Assembly (NCBI GenBank): GCA_037440445.1 | Contig: JBBIUA010000005.1 | Span: 73,100 to 137,099, forward strand | Length of the DNA: 64,000 nucleotides | Direction of reading: 5' to 3' | From: Ignavibacteria bacterium | Lineage (GTDB): Bacteria; Bacteroidota; Ignavibacteria; Kapaibacteriales; UBA2268 | In this document: one piece after another, positions 19,501 to 28,556 of the stretch | How the letters are laid out: each line of letters starts with the position of its first letter | How positions within the stretch are numbered: the first letter of the stretch is position 1 | Notes under the pieces: model-generated | Seen by the model: the letters and a program-made list of their open reading frames with translations, nothing else | The model's database searches: none | Told to the model about the DNA's origin: nothing | Program-made: the position numbers and the translations under genes

Positions 19501-21290
19501 ATCGTGTTGTTGTCATCGGTCCCGGAAATTGTGGACCATCTAAAGTTGCATCGAATCCAGCCTATATTGATGTAACTGAAACAGTCAAAAATAATTTTGT
19601 ATCTTGTGATAAAGATCCCGCAAACATTTGCGAAACTGATGATTTTTCGTTAACTACTTCAGCAACAGGGACGATTACTGGATATAGGTGGCAGAAGCTT
19701 ATTGGTGGCACTTGGACTGACCTAGACTTAAATAAATTCCCTACGGCAAATGAAAGAACATTGCAATTTAGACTTGCTGACCCTTCAATGAGCGGAACTT
19801 ATAGGGTTCTTGTTTATGGTTCGCAAGCATGTTATCCTACTGGAGAACCTGTAGCATCAAATTCAATCGATATTACTGTTTGGCCCTTATTCCAGATTGT
19901 TGAGCACCCCAAGCCTCAATCTTCTTGTTCAGGCGAAGATGTTATCCTCTATGTTGTAACCGAGGGAATTGTTCTTAAATATCAATGGCAAAAAGATGGA
20001 GTTGATATTTATGATAATCCGACAGCAAATTCCGCTGTTTTAATTTTACCGAATATCCAATTTGAGAATTCTGGTGTTTATCGTTGTAAATTAACAATTC
20101 AAGACTGCCGGGGTATTGTAGATGTTTATACAAATGAGGTACTTGTTTATGCCCGTTCTAAGACAAAAATTACTCGCTCCATTAAGTCTCAAGTTGTTAA
20201 AATAGGTGATGTTGCAACTTTTGAATTCGATGCTAATGTAGAAGGTATTCCTCCAACTGGTGAAGTTTATATACAGTGGTATCGTGGAAATCAAAAGTTA
20301 GTTGACAATGATAGAATTTCTGGCTCTCGTTCGAATTATCTTACAATTCGTGATTTAAAGGCTTCTGACCTTGGTTCAGATTATTGGGTTGTAGTAACTG
20401 ATCTTTGCGGTTCTGATACAGCCACTGGCTTTTCAATAACATCTCCGGAAATCACTATTACTCAACAACCGCAAGATGTAGAAGCTTGTGAGGGAACAAA
20501 TGTCGAATTTACAGTTGAAGCAACTTTTACAGGTGGAACAGAGTTGAAGTATCAATGGCGAAAAGATGGTGTTGAATTAAGTGACAATGGTAGAATTGCC
20601 GGTTCCCAGACTTCCAGGGTTAGTATTTCAAATGTTTCAATAAATGACATTGGTTTTTATGATGTTGTACTTACAAACCTTCCAACCGGGTATTCTAAAA
20701 CTTCATCTCCGGCAAGTTTGGTAGTCAAGGTCAAACCTTCAATTACCCAACAACCACCGAGCAATGTTAATCTTAATTCTGGAGAAACTTTAACAATTAC
20801 TATCGATGCTGATGGAACTCAACCTATAAGATATCAATGGTATAAAGATGGACAGCCTATAGATGGTGCCGATCAACCTACCCTTACGATAGAAAATGTA
20901 ACTTCTGAAGATGCAGGAACATATTACTGTAATGTTTCAAATGATTGTGGTGAAGTTCAATCGAACAACTGTGTTGTTACTGTTACTTTTAAACAAATAG
21001 CCGGAGTATCTGAATCAGTTGGAGGTGTTGTTTTGTTTGAAAGTGCGCCTAACCCAGCAACTAATTCTGCTACTATTTCATTTGCCATTCCAACCGATGG
21101 AAAAGTTGAACTTGTACTAACAGATTCATTTGGGCGGTCAATTGCAACACTTATCAACGGGTTTGTTTCGAAAGGAACAAGTTCTGTTTCAATAAACTTT
21201 GATGAAATGCAAATAAGCAATGGAGTTTATTTCTATAAGTTGCGATATAGCAATATTGAACTTAGCAAGAAGTTGGTGATTATTCGCTAA
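16506..21290 (+). CDS. Giant T9SS-secreted adhesin-like protein (choice-of-anchor-J/MAM-like N-domain, right-handed beta-helix, seven Ig-like modules, CTD)
   Basis: SD GGGAGG precedes the ATG, followed by a signal peptide. The N-domain reads ESFDGTTFPPTNW...LVTPLIDWS. Beta-helix repeats (NNxI..., GIY.Y...) span about 17500-18900. Repeated YQW-KDG...G-Y-C Ig motifs span about 19000-20990. The type-A CTD is APNPATNSATISF...NGVYFYKL...KKLVIIR. Confidence 0.85.
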   Translation: MSKRNLFVRFVLFSLFLIILSNLDLLSITRTESFDGTTFPPTNWTATIISGSYNWQRLTSGLYPSTSPYSGAGMAGYNSWSASSGSSAILVTPLIDWSQRGSNSVQVSFWMYRDPGYSSSPDSIIVWVNTSASLTGATRLGAIHRYYSTAGWYQFSYSIPSSFNGSTNYIIFQAYSGYGNDMYIDEVTYDEYPNVMTYTSSTVSQIIGGVGVGFTNQPIIRLEITMTGSANPLSLTSITFNTNGTTNVSDIASARVYYTGTSGTFSTSTQFGSSVNNPSGTFTISGTQQLQNGTNYFWLVYDISSSASEGNYVDAQCTGFTIGSNSYTPSVTNPPGAREIRGPRIGTYTVGTGQYYQTLSEAFSEINTFGMKGNVTLLIMTDIYETDVNPPTLGQWTEYNGSGYTLTIKPSGGARTIYGSYPSTGTVILYGADRVTIDGSIGGSGRYLTIRNDATTASSGSAVIVYSLGTNAGCVNVNILNCNIYGIGNTTSQSGSYGIYVYGADNDYVSLSNNIIRRSYYGIYAYGASGGNIDSLKIFNNIFGGDVASDYIGYRGIYLYYAQGAKLFGNTIYNIKRTDGTNLAGIELSSYCQDAQIVGNKIYGIYQESSGGWGAYGINIASSTGNSNILIANNMISDLHTMNYSSSSTTYNPFGIRITGGSNYKIYHNTVNMYGTQANVGSSPSMSACLLITSTSVTGTDMRNNIFVNSLGSNISGSKMYSVYVPSGFTFSTINYNNYYVSGNYGILGYYGADKTSLSDWRNSSGGDGNSINVQPYFIGNDDLHLTGSNIVDSRFLAPAISGINTDFDNETRRSSNVTIGCDEVRPILTANPITFNPDLAVYCKDGSVTISTSAAISGYMDGIPRSVTNPTFDYQWTKNSQDINGANNQTLVFTSLVQSDSAYYGCKISLFGESTIAQDKLLTVESPIQIISHPQNSSICADLNPTISLSSNSTGTIIGWQWQKSDPSNPNLWIDIPGANGPELIQSIQDPNSATGYYRVVVIGPGNCGPSKVASNPAYIDVTETVKNNFVSCDKDPANICETDDFSLTTSATGTITGYRWQKLIGGTWTDLDLNKFPTANERTLQFRLADPSMSGTYRVLVYGSQACYPTGEPVASNSIDITVWPLFQIVEHPKPQSSCSGEDVILYVVTEGIVLKYQWQKDGVDIYDNPTANSAVLILPNIQFENSGVYRCKLTIQDCRGIVDVYTNEVLVYARSKTKITRSIKSQVVKIGDVATFEFDANVEGIPPTGEVYIQWYRGNQKLVDNDRISGSRSNYLTIRDLKASDLGSDYWVVVTDLCGSDTATGFSITSPEITITQQPQDVEACEGTNVEFTVEATFTGGTELKYQWRKDGVELSDNGRIAGSQTSRVSISNVSINDIGFYDVVLTNLPTGYSKTSSPASLVVKVKPSITQQPPSNVNLNSGETLTITIDADGTQPIRYQWYKDGQPIDGADQPTLTIENVTSEDAGTYYCNVSNDCGEVQSNNCVVTVTFKQIAGVSESVGGVVLFESAPNPATNSATISFAIPTDGKVELVLTDSFGRSIATLINGFVSKGTSSVSINFDEMQISNGVYFYKLRYSNIELSKKLVIIR
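19000..20990 (+). repeat. Tandem array of seven about 90-aa Ig-like domain coding modules inside the adhesin gene
   Basis: W-centred motifs recur every 260-300 nt, near 19122, 19382, 19680, 19977, 20271, 20548 and 20828. The segments starting at 19977 and 20548 share about 27/33 nt (AAATATCAATGGCAAAAAGATGGAGTTGA vs AAGTATCAATGGCGAAAAGATGGTGTTGA). Confidence 0.65.
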
Positions 21291-21312
21291 TAATTCACTT
21301 GTAAAACGAATT

Positions 21313-21341
21313 AGGGGCTTCATTTGAAGCCCCTATTTGTT
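21313..21341. terminator. Rho-independent hairpin between convergent adhesin gene and tRNA-Pro
   Basis: AGGGGCTTC-ATTT-GAAGCCCCT followed by ATTTGTTT. It lies 23 nt after the adhesin stop and abuts the tRNA 3' end. Confidence 0.6.
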
Positions 21342-21343
21342 TG

Positions 21344-21418
21344 TCGGCGCGGCCAGATTCGAACTGGCGACCCCTACTACCCCAAAGTAGTGCGCTAACC
21401 AGGCTGCGCTACGCGCCG
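21344..21418 (-). tRNA. tRNA-Pro (anticodon GGG)
   Basis: The reverse complement folds as a cloverleaf: acceptor CGGCGCG/CGCGCCG, D-arm GCGC/GCGC, anticodon stem CTACT/AGTAG with loop TTGGGGT, T-arm GCCAG-TTCGAAT-CTGGC, and discriminator A. No CCA is encoded. Confidence 0.9.
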
Positions 21419-21550
21419 TAATCAAATGCAAAATTAATAAAAAACAACATAACAACAAATAGTTAATGTGCAAGATGAAGGTTGGTCTTCTTTAAATAAA
21501 ATTAAATTAATAATTTTGCAAATTATTATTCTTGAGTAAGAGGGAAAGTA

Positions 21551-22312
21551 ATGTCGGGACATAGTAAATGGGCTAACATTAAACATAAGAAAGCAGCAAA
21601 GGATGCAAAGCGAGGAAAATTGTTTACTCGTTTGGCAAAAGAAATTACAATTGCCGCACGCGAAGGTGGCGGTGACCCTGAAGCAAATCCTCGATTAAGA
21701 CTTGCAATTCAAAATGCAAAAGCCGAGAATATGCCAATGGAAAACATTAAAAGGGCTATTCAGAGGGGAACTGGCGAAATTCAGGGTGAAAACTACGAAG
21801 AAGTAATTTATGAAGGTTATGCACCTCTTGGAGTTGCTGTTATTCTTGAAGCAATTACTGATAATAGAAATAGGACTTTTCCTCTTATTCGCTCTGAAAT
21901 GAATAAACTTGGTGGGAGTATTGGGGAACCTGGTTCAGTTATGTGGAATTTTGAACGTAAAGGTGTAATTTACGTTGATCCGCAAGGTTTAACCGAAGAC
22001 CAATTGCTTGAGCATATTTTGGAAGCAGGGTGTGAAGATATGGAATATGATGAAGAAAGAACCCGAATCATCTGTGCCTTCGAGGATATGGTTTATTGTC
22101 AAAAATACTTTGAAGAAAAAAAGTTTAAAATTTTGGAATCAAAATTCGAATATATTCCAAAGAATACTGTAAAAATAGATAATATTGAAGCTGCAAGGAA
22201 AGTCCTAAAATTTTTCGATACACTCGAAGAACTCGATGATGTCCAAAATGTGTATGGAAATTATGAATTTACGGATGAAATTATTTCGCAACTGGAAAAA
22301 GAGCAAAACTGA
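21551..22312 (+). CDS. yebC: YebC/PmpR-family transcriptional regulator
   Basis: N-terminus MSGHSKWANIKHKKAAKDAKRGK is diagnostic. It is followed by ruvC, the usual arrangement. Confidence 0.9.
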   Translation: MSGHSKWANIKHKKAAKDAKRGKLFTRLAKEITIAAREGGGDPEANPRLRLAIQNAKAENMPMENIKRAIQRGTGEIQGENYEEVIYEGYAPLGVAVILEAITDNRNRTFPLIRSEMNKLGGSIGEPGSVMWNFERKGVIYVDPQGLTEDQLLEHILEAGCEDMEYDEERTRIICAFEDMVYCQKYFEEKKFKILESKFEYIPKNTVKIDNIEAARKVLKFFDTLEELDDVQNVYGNYEFTDEIISQLEKEQN

Positions 22313-22863
22313 TGTTAATTCTTGGAATCGACCCTGGTTCTGTCAAATGCGGTTATGGAATCATTGAGCATTGTAATGATTCTATTAAAATAATCCATTA
22401 TGGATTAATTAAACCAAAGGTTTCGGATTCATTTTTTTTTCTCAATAAACTTAAATCTATTTATGACGAAATAGATTCGTTACTTGTCGAATATCGAATA
22501 GGTGAAACGGCTGTAGAATCTCAATTCTATTCAAAGAATCCACAATCGTTGATGAAATTGACTCAAGCAAAAACCGTTGTGGAAATTGCCGCTATTAATA
22601 GAGGGATTCCTGTTTTCGAGTATACTCCGCGAGAAATCAAGCTTTCGGTAACAGGAAGAGGTAATGCAAGCAAACAAAGTGTTAAATTTATGATCGAAAA
22701 TATTTGTGCTACAAAACTTAAAGATGAAGTTTTAGATGTTTCCGATGCACTTGCTGTTGCTCTTTGTCATATTTACCGGAAAGAGAAAATTGGCATAAAA
22801 AGAAACTCCCCCCGAAATTGGAGGGAGTTTATTATAATGAACCCTAAAAGGGTACTTTCGTAA
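22312..22863 (+). CDS. ruvC: Holliday junction resolvase RuvC
   Basis: ILGIDPGS catalytic Asp motif and C-terminal DALAVALCH. Overlaps the yebC stop by 1 nt. Confidence 0.9.
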   Translation: MLILGIDPGSVKCGYGIIEHCNDSIKIIHYGLIKPKVSDSFFFLNKLKSIYDEIDSLLVEYRIGETAVESQFYSKNPQSLMKLTQAKTVVEIAAINRGIPVFEYTPREIKLSVTGRGNASKQSVKFMIENICATKLKDEVLDVSDALAVALCHIYRKEKIGIKRNSPRNWREFIIMNPKRVLS

Positions 22864-22869
22864 AATAAA

Positions 22870-25569
22870 TTACTTGCTTTGTAATTGCTCCCAAGATTCA
22901 ACAGGTGTTTTTATTATTACTTGTACTGTCCTATTGTAGAATCTACCTTCAGGTAAAGAGTTATCATAGAGTGGTTCATCTTCGCCAACCCCACGTTTAC
23001 TAATAAATCCAACTTTTCCCTTTGTTTGCTGCATTATTCCGTTGTAAACGGTTGTAGCTCTACGCTCTGAAAGACCTTGATTATGTTCGTATAAGCCTAC
23101 CACATCTGTATGCCCAACAACTTCAACAAAAGAAGTGGGAAGTACTCTATTGTAAACATATTCACGCATTATCCTTTCATTTATCGGACCAGCATCGGAA
23201 CGGTCGAATGGGAAGAGGATGAGGCTGTATCGTTCGATTGTGCTGTCTTTTGCACCTTTCTGAATGTCTACTTTCTTTTGTTCAGTTGTGACTTGCATTA
23301 CAGGTATCATAACTGGATCGCTTGAACATTCTTTATCATTAATTGTAGTAATTATTAATTGAGCAGTAAAGGGAATTTCGTCTTTTGGATATTCATCATC
23401 TGTGTTTTTCCAATTCCAGATGAATGTGTTCTCAGTCAAACCAATGTTTGTAAGTGTGTTCCATTCTTTTCCACCACGCTTAACTTCGATTCTTCGAGCT
23501 TTAACAAGAGCATCTTCAATACCATTTTTCAAAGTGAACTTCATTGTTTCTGGTTGTGGGAAAGTTTTGGGGTCTTTGTCGAATACAGGTTTCATAATGT
23601 TCCAATCGTTACAAATGATTTCGACACGTCGATTTTCAACTATTCCTAATGAATCATTTAAGTTCGAAACAACAGAAGGTTGATTTCGAACTGTAATTTT
23701 CATTCTTTTTTCATCAATCCCCCATATATCATGTAGATACTTAAAAACAGCTTCCGCACGTTCTTTGGATAAATTTGGTCGCTTTTCTTCCGGAGTTTTC
23801 CCATCGTTGCAACCAACAATTTCAATTTTAGCGTCTGGATATTTATTCAACCTATATCCATAGATATTTAGGATATGATAATACTTTTCTAAAGTACCTC
23901 CCCGAATAGTGGTGTCAGTGAATGACTTTTTAAATTTATCATCGGGGGATTTGAATAAAATGTATCTGTTTGGAATCTCAGATGAACCTACATCAAAGAA
24001 GACATAGTTAAGCAGAGGATATAAGTCCCAAGTTTGAAATTGTTCCATTACTAAGCCACGGAAGTTAGCTATTTCTGGCTTTATTCGTTTATTTTCAGCA
24101 ACATATTTTGCTTCATCGATTTCTGCACCAATCACTGGTCGTTGTCCAAGAGGAATTACAACGTTAATTACATCGGCATACTTTTTGGCTTCTTCTGGGT
24201 CTGTAGTTGGTTTAGGTTTATCAACTCGAACTATTTTTGTTGTCTTACCGTAACGAGGATTTTCAGCAGTTATTTCAAGATTTACGAACATAATGGAATC
24301 GCGGGGATCACCATAATCGGTATTTGAAACGACAAAATCAATTTCAGTTCGTGGTGGTTTCAGAGTATCAACAACAACACGGTTAATAATTGGACTTTTA
24401 ATTCTTACAACAGCAGGAATATTTTCACCACTGCATTCATCATTTACGGAAGTTTTAACAACAACTGCTCGGAAGTAACTAGGAACGAAAGCCATAAAAA
24501 TATCGAAGTCACCTTGGAAATTTGGAATATCTTTTCGTCTTGACGAAAAGTAAATAACATCACCTGAAGCAGGTAATGTAATAAATTGGTCATCTTGTGG
24601 AGTATTTAATGGTTCACCAAGGTTTTCTGGTTTTGACCATGTTTTGGTAACAGGGTCATAGCGGGTTACATAAAAGTCAAGTCCACCATAGTTTGGTTTA
24701 TGGCCTTTAGATGAAAAGAATAATGTTTGATTGTCCGCTGCAATGAATGGACCGGCATCTTGTAAAGGAGTATTTATTTCAGTAAGGTTTTTTGCAGGTA
24801 ACCATTCTTCTGTTTCGGGGTCGAAGTCAGAATACCAAATATCCATATTGTCCCATTTTTCATTGTTACCATCCGAATTAGGTCCGGGGCGAGTCGATAC
24901 AAAATATAGTCGGCTTTGGTCCGGGGCAATTGAAGGTTGAGCATCGAAATATTTTGAATTTACATTTGGTCCCAAATTATAAGGTCGGCTCCATCTATCA
25001 CCTTCGATAGTGGTTTTATAAATGTCACAATCGCCTAAACCATCGGGACGACTACAAGCAGTGAAAAAGAGGGTTTGACCATCGGCGGCTATTGATGCTA
25101 CTCCCTCGTTTTCTGGGGTGTTGACCCCTTGATAGCCCCATATAGTTGTAGTGTCGATATTAAAAGGTTTGTAGAAAATAGTATCCAATCTTTCATTCTT
25201 TTTAGAAGCCCAAAAGTCGTGGCTCGGTTTATCAATTTTTGGGTTTATTCTGCTACCAGGCCTGTTTGAAACAAAATATAGAGTTTTCCCATCAGCACTT
25301 ACCGTTGGAGCATAATCAAGATATTTTGTGTTTACTACTGGGCCTAAATTGATGATTCGTATTTTTGTCTTGTCGAAAATTTCAGGTTGATCTTGATTAG
25401 GTGAATTTGGAGTATTTGGTGAGTTTGCCTCTTCGATTACTAAACCCCATAGGAATAATTGGTTGGAGGAGTCTGCATCAAAGCTATCTTTTTGTGTTTT
25501 TGAATCAAGGTAGGAAAGGCTTAGTAGGAACAAGGCGCAAATCAAAACAAAGTAATTTTGAAGTTTCAT
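22870..25569 (-). CDS. PD40 (TolB-like) beta-propeller repeat protein with two OmpA-like peptidoglycan-binding domains
   Basis: Signal peptide; five repeats of the type YAPTVSADGKTLYFVSNRPG. The two OmpA_C-like segments are VGCNDGK...LSKERAEAV...NRRVEI and VGHTDVVG...LSERRATTV...NRTVQVI. Confidence 0.8.
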   Translation of the reverse strand: MKLQNYFVLICALFLLSLSYLDSKTQKDSFDADSSNQLFLWGLVIEEANSPNTPNSPNQDQPEIFDKTKIRIINLGPVVNTKYLDYAPTVSADGKTLYFVSNRPGSRINPKIDKPSHDFWASKKNERLDTIFYKPFNIDTTTIWGYQGVNTPENEGVASIAADGQTLFFTACSRPDGLGDCDIYKTTIEGDRWSRPYNLGPNVNSKYFDAQPSIAPDQSRLYFVSTRPGPNSDGNNEKWDNMDIWYSDFDPETEEWLPAKNLTEINTPLQDAGPFIAADNQTLFFSSKGHKPNYGGLDFYVTRYDPVTKTWSKPENLGEPLNTPQDDQFITLPASGDVIYFSSRRKDIPNFQGDFDIFMAFVPSYFRAVVVKTSVNDECSGENIPAVVRIKSPIINRVVVDTLKPPRTEIDFVVSNTDYGDPRDSIMFVNLEITAENPRYGKTTKIVRVDKPKPTTDPEEAKKYADVINVVIPLGQRPVIGAEIDEAKYVAENKRIKPEIANFRGLVMEQFQTWDLYPLLNYVFFDVGSSEIPNRYILFKSPDDKFKKSFTDTTIRGGTLEKYYHILNIYGYRLNKYPDAKIEIVGCNDGKTPEEKRPNLSKERAEAVFKYLHDIWGIDEKRMKITVRNQPSVVSNLNDSLGIVENRRVEIICNDWNIMKPVFDKDPKTFPQPETMKFTLKNGIEDALVKARRIEVKRGGKEWNTLTNIGLTENTFIWNWKNTDDEYPKDEIPFTAQLIITTINDKECSSDPVMIPVMQVTTEQKKVDIQKGAKDSTIERYSLILFPFDRSDAGPINERIMREYVYNRVLPTSFVEVVGHTDVVGLYEHNQGLSERRATTVYNGIMQQTKGKVGFISKRGVGEDEPLYDNSLPEGRFYNRTVQVIIKTPVESWEQLQSK

Positions 25570-25806
25570 ACGACAATTCCTTTTATAACAAACATAAACT
25601 TGGTCAAAATTAAAATTCTAAAAATAATTAATATTTTTTTAACAAAAAAATATTAAATAAATTTTAAAATAAATTCTAAAATACTTATAGTTTGTAGGTT
25701 TTTTTATTATTAATATGTCATAATTTCTACTACAAAAATAAGAATTAAGACAAAGTTTTTGTTTTTCTAACGATGAAAGTTTGAGGAAAGGGGCTAAAGA
25801 TTGATT

Positions 25807-28353
25807 TCAAACAATAAGATTAATAATTTTATTAGGGACAAATATTACTTTTCGTAAATCTTTATTTTCAAAATATTTTTGAACATTCGGTTCATTTTTT
25901 GCAAGTTTAAGAACTTCATTTTCCGAAGCGTCGAAAGGAACATTTATCCTTGCTCGAATTTTACTGTTAACTTGTACAACTATTTCAACTTCTTTTTTTT
26001 GTGCTTTTTGTTCGTCAAATTCTGGGAAATTTTGGTTAAAGATAGAATCTTTATATCCCAATTTATTCCATAATTCTTCGGTTAAATGCGGAGCAAAGGG
26101 TGCTAAGCATAATAAGAATTGCTCAAGAGCCTTTTTAGGCTTTATCTCAAATTTGAAGAACTCGTTTACGAAAATCATCATCTGGGCAATTGCAGTATTA
26201 AATCTAAGATTTTCGATATCTTCCGTTACTTTTTTAATTGTGTAATGTAGTAAATATTCTTGTTCGGAATTTAATGGCATATCTAAAATGTTTGAGTTTA
26301 GGTTGCCATTTTCATCAACAAATAATCTCCAAACTCTATTCAAAAAACGATTTATTCCTTCAATTCCAGTGGTAGACCAAGGCTTAGAATCTTGTAATGG
26401 GCCTAAAAACATTTCGAACATCCTTAATGAATCTGCACCGTATTTTTGTACAACTTCATCAGGGTTTACAACATTTCCTAATGATTTTGACATTTTCCTT
26501 CCATCTTCGCCAAGGATTAAGCCTTGATGAAAAAGTTTATAGAATGGTTCTGGTGTGGACACATATCCATAATCAAATAGAACTTTATGCCAAAATCGGG
26601 CATATAAAAGATGCAAAACAGCGTGTTCAGCACCACCAATATACAAATCGACACCATTTGGCTGCATCCAATAGCGCTCTTTTTTGGGGTCGCAGAAAAA
26701 ATTGTCGTTATGAGGGTCAATGAATCTAAGGTAGTACCAACAAGAGCCAGCCCATTGAGGCATAGTGTTAGTTTCAAAACGTCCTTTTTTTCCGGTCTTC
26801 TTATCAATAAAATTTACCCAACTTTCAACTTTTGCAAGTGGCGATTCTCCGGTTCCAGTAGGTTTAAATTCCTTTATGTCTGGCAACAATAATGGGAGTT
26901 CATCTAAATCCAATGCTCTTTTAGTACCATCTTCAAAGAAAATAATCGGTATAGGCTCGCCCCAATAACGTTGGCGGGAAAATAACCAATCACGAAGTTT
27001 GTATTGAATCTTTCTTCTCCCTATTTGTTTGCTTTCGAGCCAATTAATAATTTTTGCTTTTGCTTCGGGAGTTTTAAGCCCATCGAGCGATATTTCTTCA
27101 TTACTTGAATTAATATTTATTCCATCATCAACGAATGCATTACTTGTTAAATCCCACTCTGAATCTTCGGGTTTTACAACCTGAATTATTGATAAGTTGT
27201 AGGTTTTTGCAAATTCGAAATCGCGTTTATCGTGTCCTGGTACAGCCATTATTGCACCAGTACCATAATGCAAAAGAACATAATCGGCAATCCAGATAGG
27301 AATTTTTTGTTTTGTTGCAGGGTTAATACAATATGCTCCAGTCGGAACTCCTGTTTTTTGTTTACTTAGTTCAGTTCGTTCAAGGTCAGTCTTTAAGGAG
27401 GTTTGATGGATGTATTCTTCAATAATTAATTTGTGTGAATTTGGTGTAATTTTCTTCACTAGTGGATGTTCAGGTGCAAGGACGACATAAGTTGCACCAA
27501 ACAATGTATCAGGCCTTGTGGTATAAACCAAAATTTTATCTTCGAAACCAACAATTGGGAACTCTATTTCGGCTCCTTCGCTTCTTCCAATCCAATTTTT
27601 TTGCATTTCTTTTGTTGAATATGGCCAATCAACTAATTCAAGGTCATCGAGTAATCTTTGGGCATATTTAGTAATTCTTAACATCCATTGCCGCATTGGT
27701 CTTCGGACCACTTTATAACCTTTTTCTCGCCATTCATCTATTTCCTCGTTTGCTAAAACAGTTCCAAGTTCTTCGCACCAGTTAACAGGTATCATAGCAA
27801 TATAAGCAAGTCGGTATTGGTCTTTGTAATTTTCAATTTCAATGGGATCTTTTAAATTTTCTGGTATCGGCAATTCTTCAATTGGCCTTGCCTTTTGCAA
27901 TTCCTCGTCGAACCAGGAGTTGTAAATTGTAACAAACATCCACTGTGTCCACTTGAAGTATTTTGGGTCGGTGGTATTAATTTCTCTTGACCAATCATAT
28001 GCAAAACCGAGCATTTTTAATTGATTACGGAAAACATTTATGTTACGCTCTGTAGCAATTTTTGGATGTATTCCTGTTACCATCGAATAACGCTCCGTCG
28101 GTAAGCCAAAAGCGTCGAAACCCATAGGATGCAGAACATTGTATCCCTTCATTTTTTTATATCGGGCAATAATATCAGTAGCGGTGTATCCCTCCGGATG
28201 ACCAATATGCAATCCCGCACCACTTGGATATGGGAACATATCCAAAACATAGAACTTAGGCTTCGAAAAATCATCCGAAGCTTTAAATATTTCTTTCTCT
28301 TCCCAATATTCCTGCCACTTTTTTTCTATTGCAAAAAATGGATAATTTGACAT
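25807..28353 (-). CDS. leuS: Leucyl-tRNA synthetase
   Basis: HIGH motif (LHIGHPEGY) and KMSKS are present. The start is taken at ATG 28353 ([14 protein letters not shown]) rather than the upstream extension to 28473. Confidence 0.95.
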   Translation of the reverse strand: MSNYPFFAIEKKWQEYWEEKEIFKASDDFSKPKFYVLDMFPYPSGAGLHIGHPEGYTATDIIARYKKMKGYNVLHPMGFDAFGLPTERYSMVTGIHPKIATERNINVFRNQLKMLGFAYDWSREINTTDPKYFKWTQWMFVTIYNSWFDEELQKARPIEELPIPENLKDPIEIENYKDQYRLAYIAMIPVNWCEELGTVLANEEIDEWREKGYKVVRRPMRQWMLRITKYAQRLLDDLELVDWPYSTKEMQKNWIGRSEGAEIEFPIVGFEDKILVYTTRPDTLFGATYVVLAPEHPLVKKITPNSHKLIIEEYIHQTSLKTDLERTELSKQKTGVPTGAYCINPATKQKIPIWIADYVLLHYGTGAIMAVPGHDKRDFEFAKTYNLSIIQVVKPEDSEWDLTSNAFVDDGININSSNEEISLDGLKTPEAKAKIINWLESKQIGRRKIQYKLRDWLFSRQRYWGEPIPIIFFEDGTKRALDLDELPLLLPDIKEFKPTGTGESPLAKVESWVNFIDKKTGKKGRFETNTMPQWAGSCWYYLRFIDPHNDNFFCDPKKERYWMQPNGVDLYIGGAEHAVLHLLYARFWHKVLFDYGYVSTPEPFYKLFHQGLILGEDGRKMSKSLGNVVNPDEVVQKYGADSLRMFEMFLGPLQDSKPWSTTGIEGINRFLNRVWRLFVDENGNLNSNILDMPLNSEQEYLLHYTIKKVTEDIENLRFNTAIAQMMIFVNEFFKFEIKPKKALEQFLLCLAPFAPHLTEELWNKLGYKDSIFNQNFPEFDEQKAQKKEVEIVVQVNSKIRARINVPFDASENEVLKLAKNEPNVQKYFENKDLRKVIFVPNKIINLIV

Positions 28354-28556
28354 AATTTTCAATGTTTTAAAAATTACAAATTTACTAATTTCGATGGGAA
28401 TTTTGGTTTTATTCTTTTGATTTGTAAATTGCGTTCTTGATACAATATTTATTGGTAATAATTGTCTAATCAATTTGATATGGTCAATAAAATTAGGGTT
28501 TGCTTACCGAAATATTTATACTTTTTTTATTTAGGAATAATTCTGTGTTTAAATTG

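Noticed and set aside
21344-21418. tRNA-Pro as an integration site for a genomic island carrying the adhesin
   Set aside because: There is no integrase, no mobility gene, and no direct repeat of the tRNA 3' end that I could see in the window.
21511-21518. Bacteroidota-type -7 promoter elements (TAnnTTTG): TAATTTTG upstream of yebC and TAAATTTG on the minus strand at 28377-28384 upstream of leuS
   Set aside because: The spacing to the start codons is plausible, but no matching -33 TTTG element sits at the expected distance. Such AT-rich octamers are also expected by chance, so the evidence is too weak to annotate them.
25570-25806. Repeated AAATTCTAAAA words in the 237-nt spacer upstream of the PD40/OmpA gene
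   Set aside because: There are only two short AT-only copies in a very AT-rich spacer, which is indistinguishable from chance.
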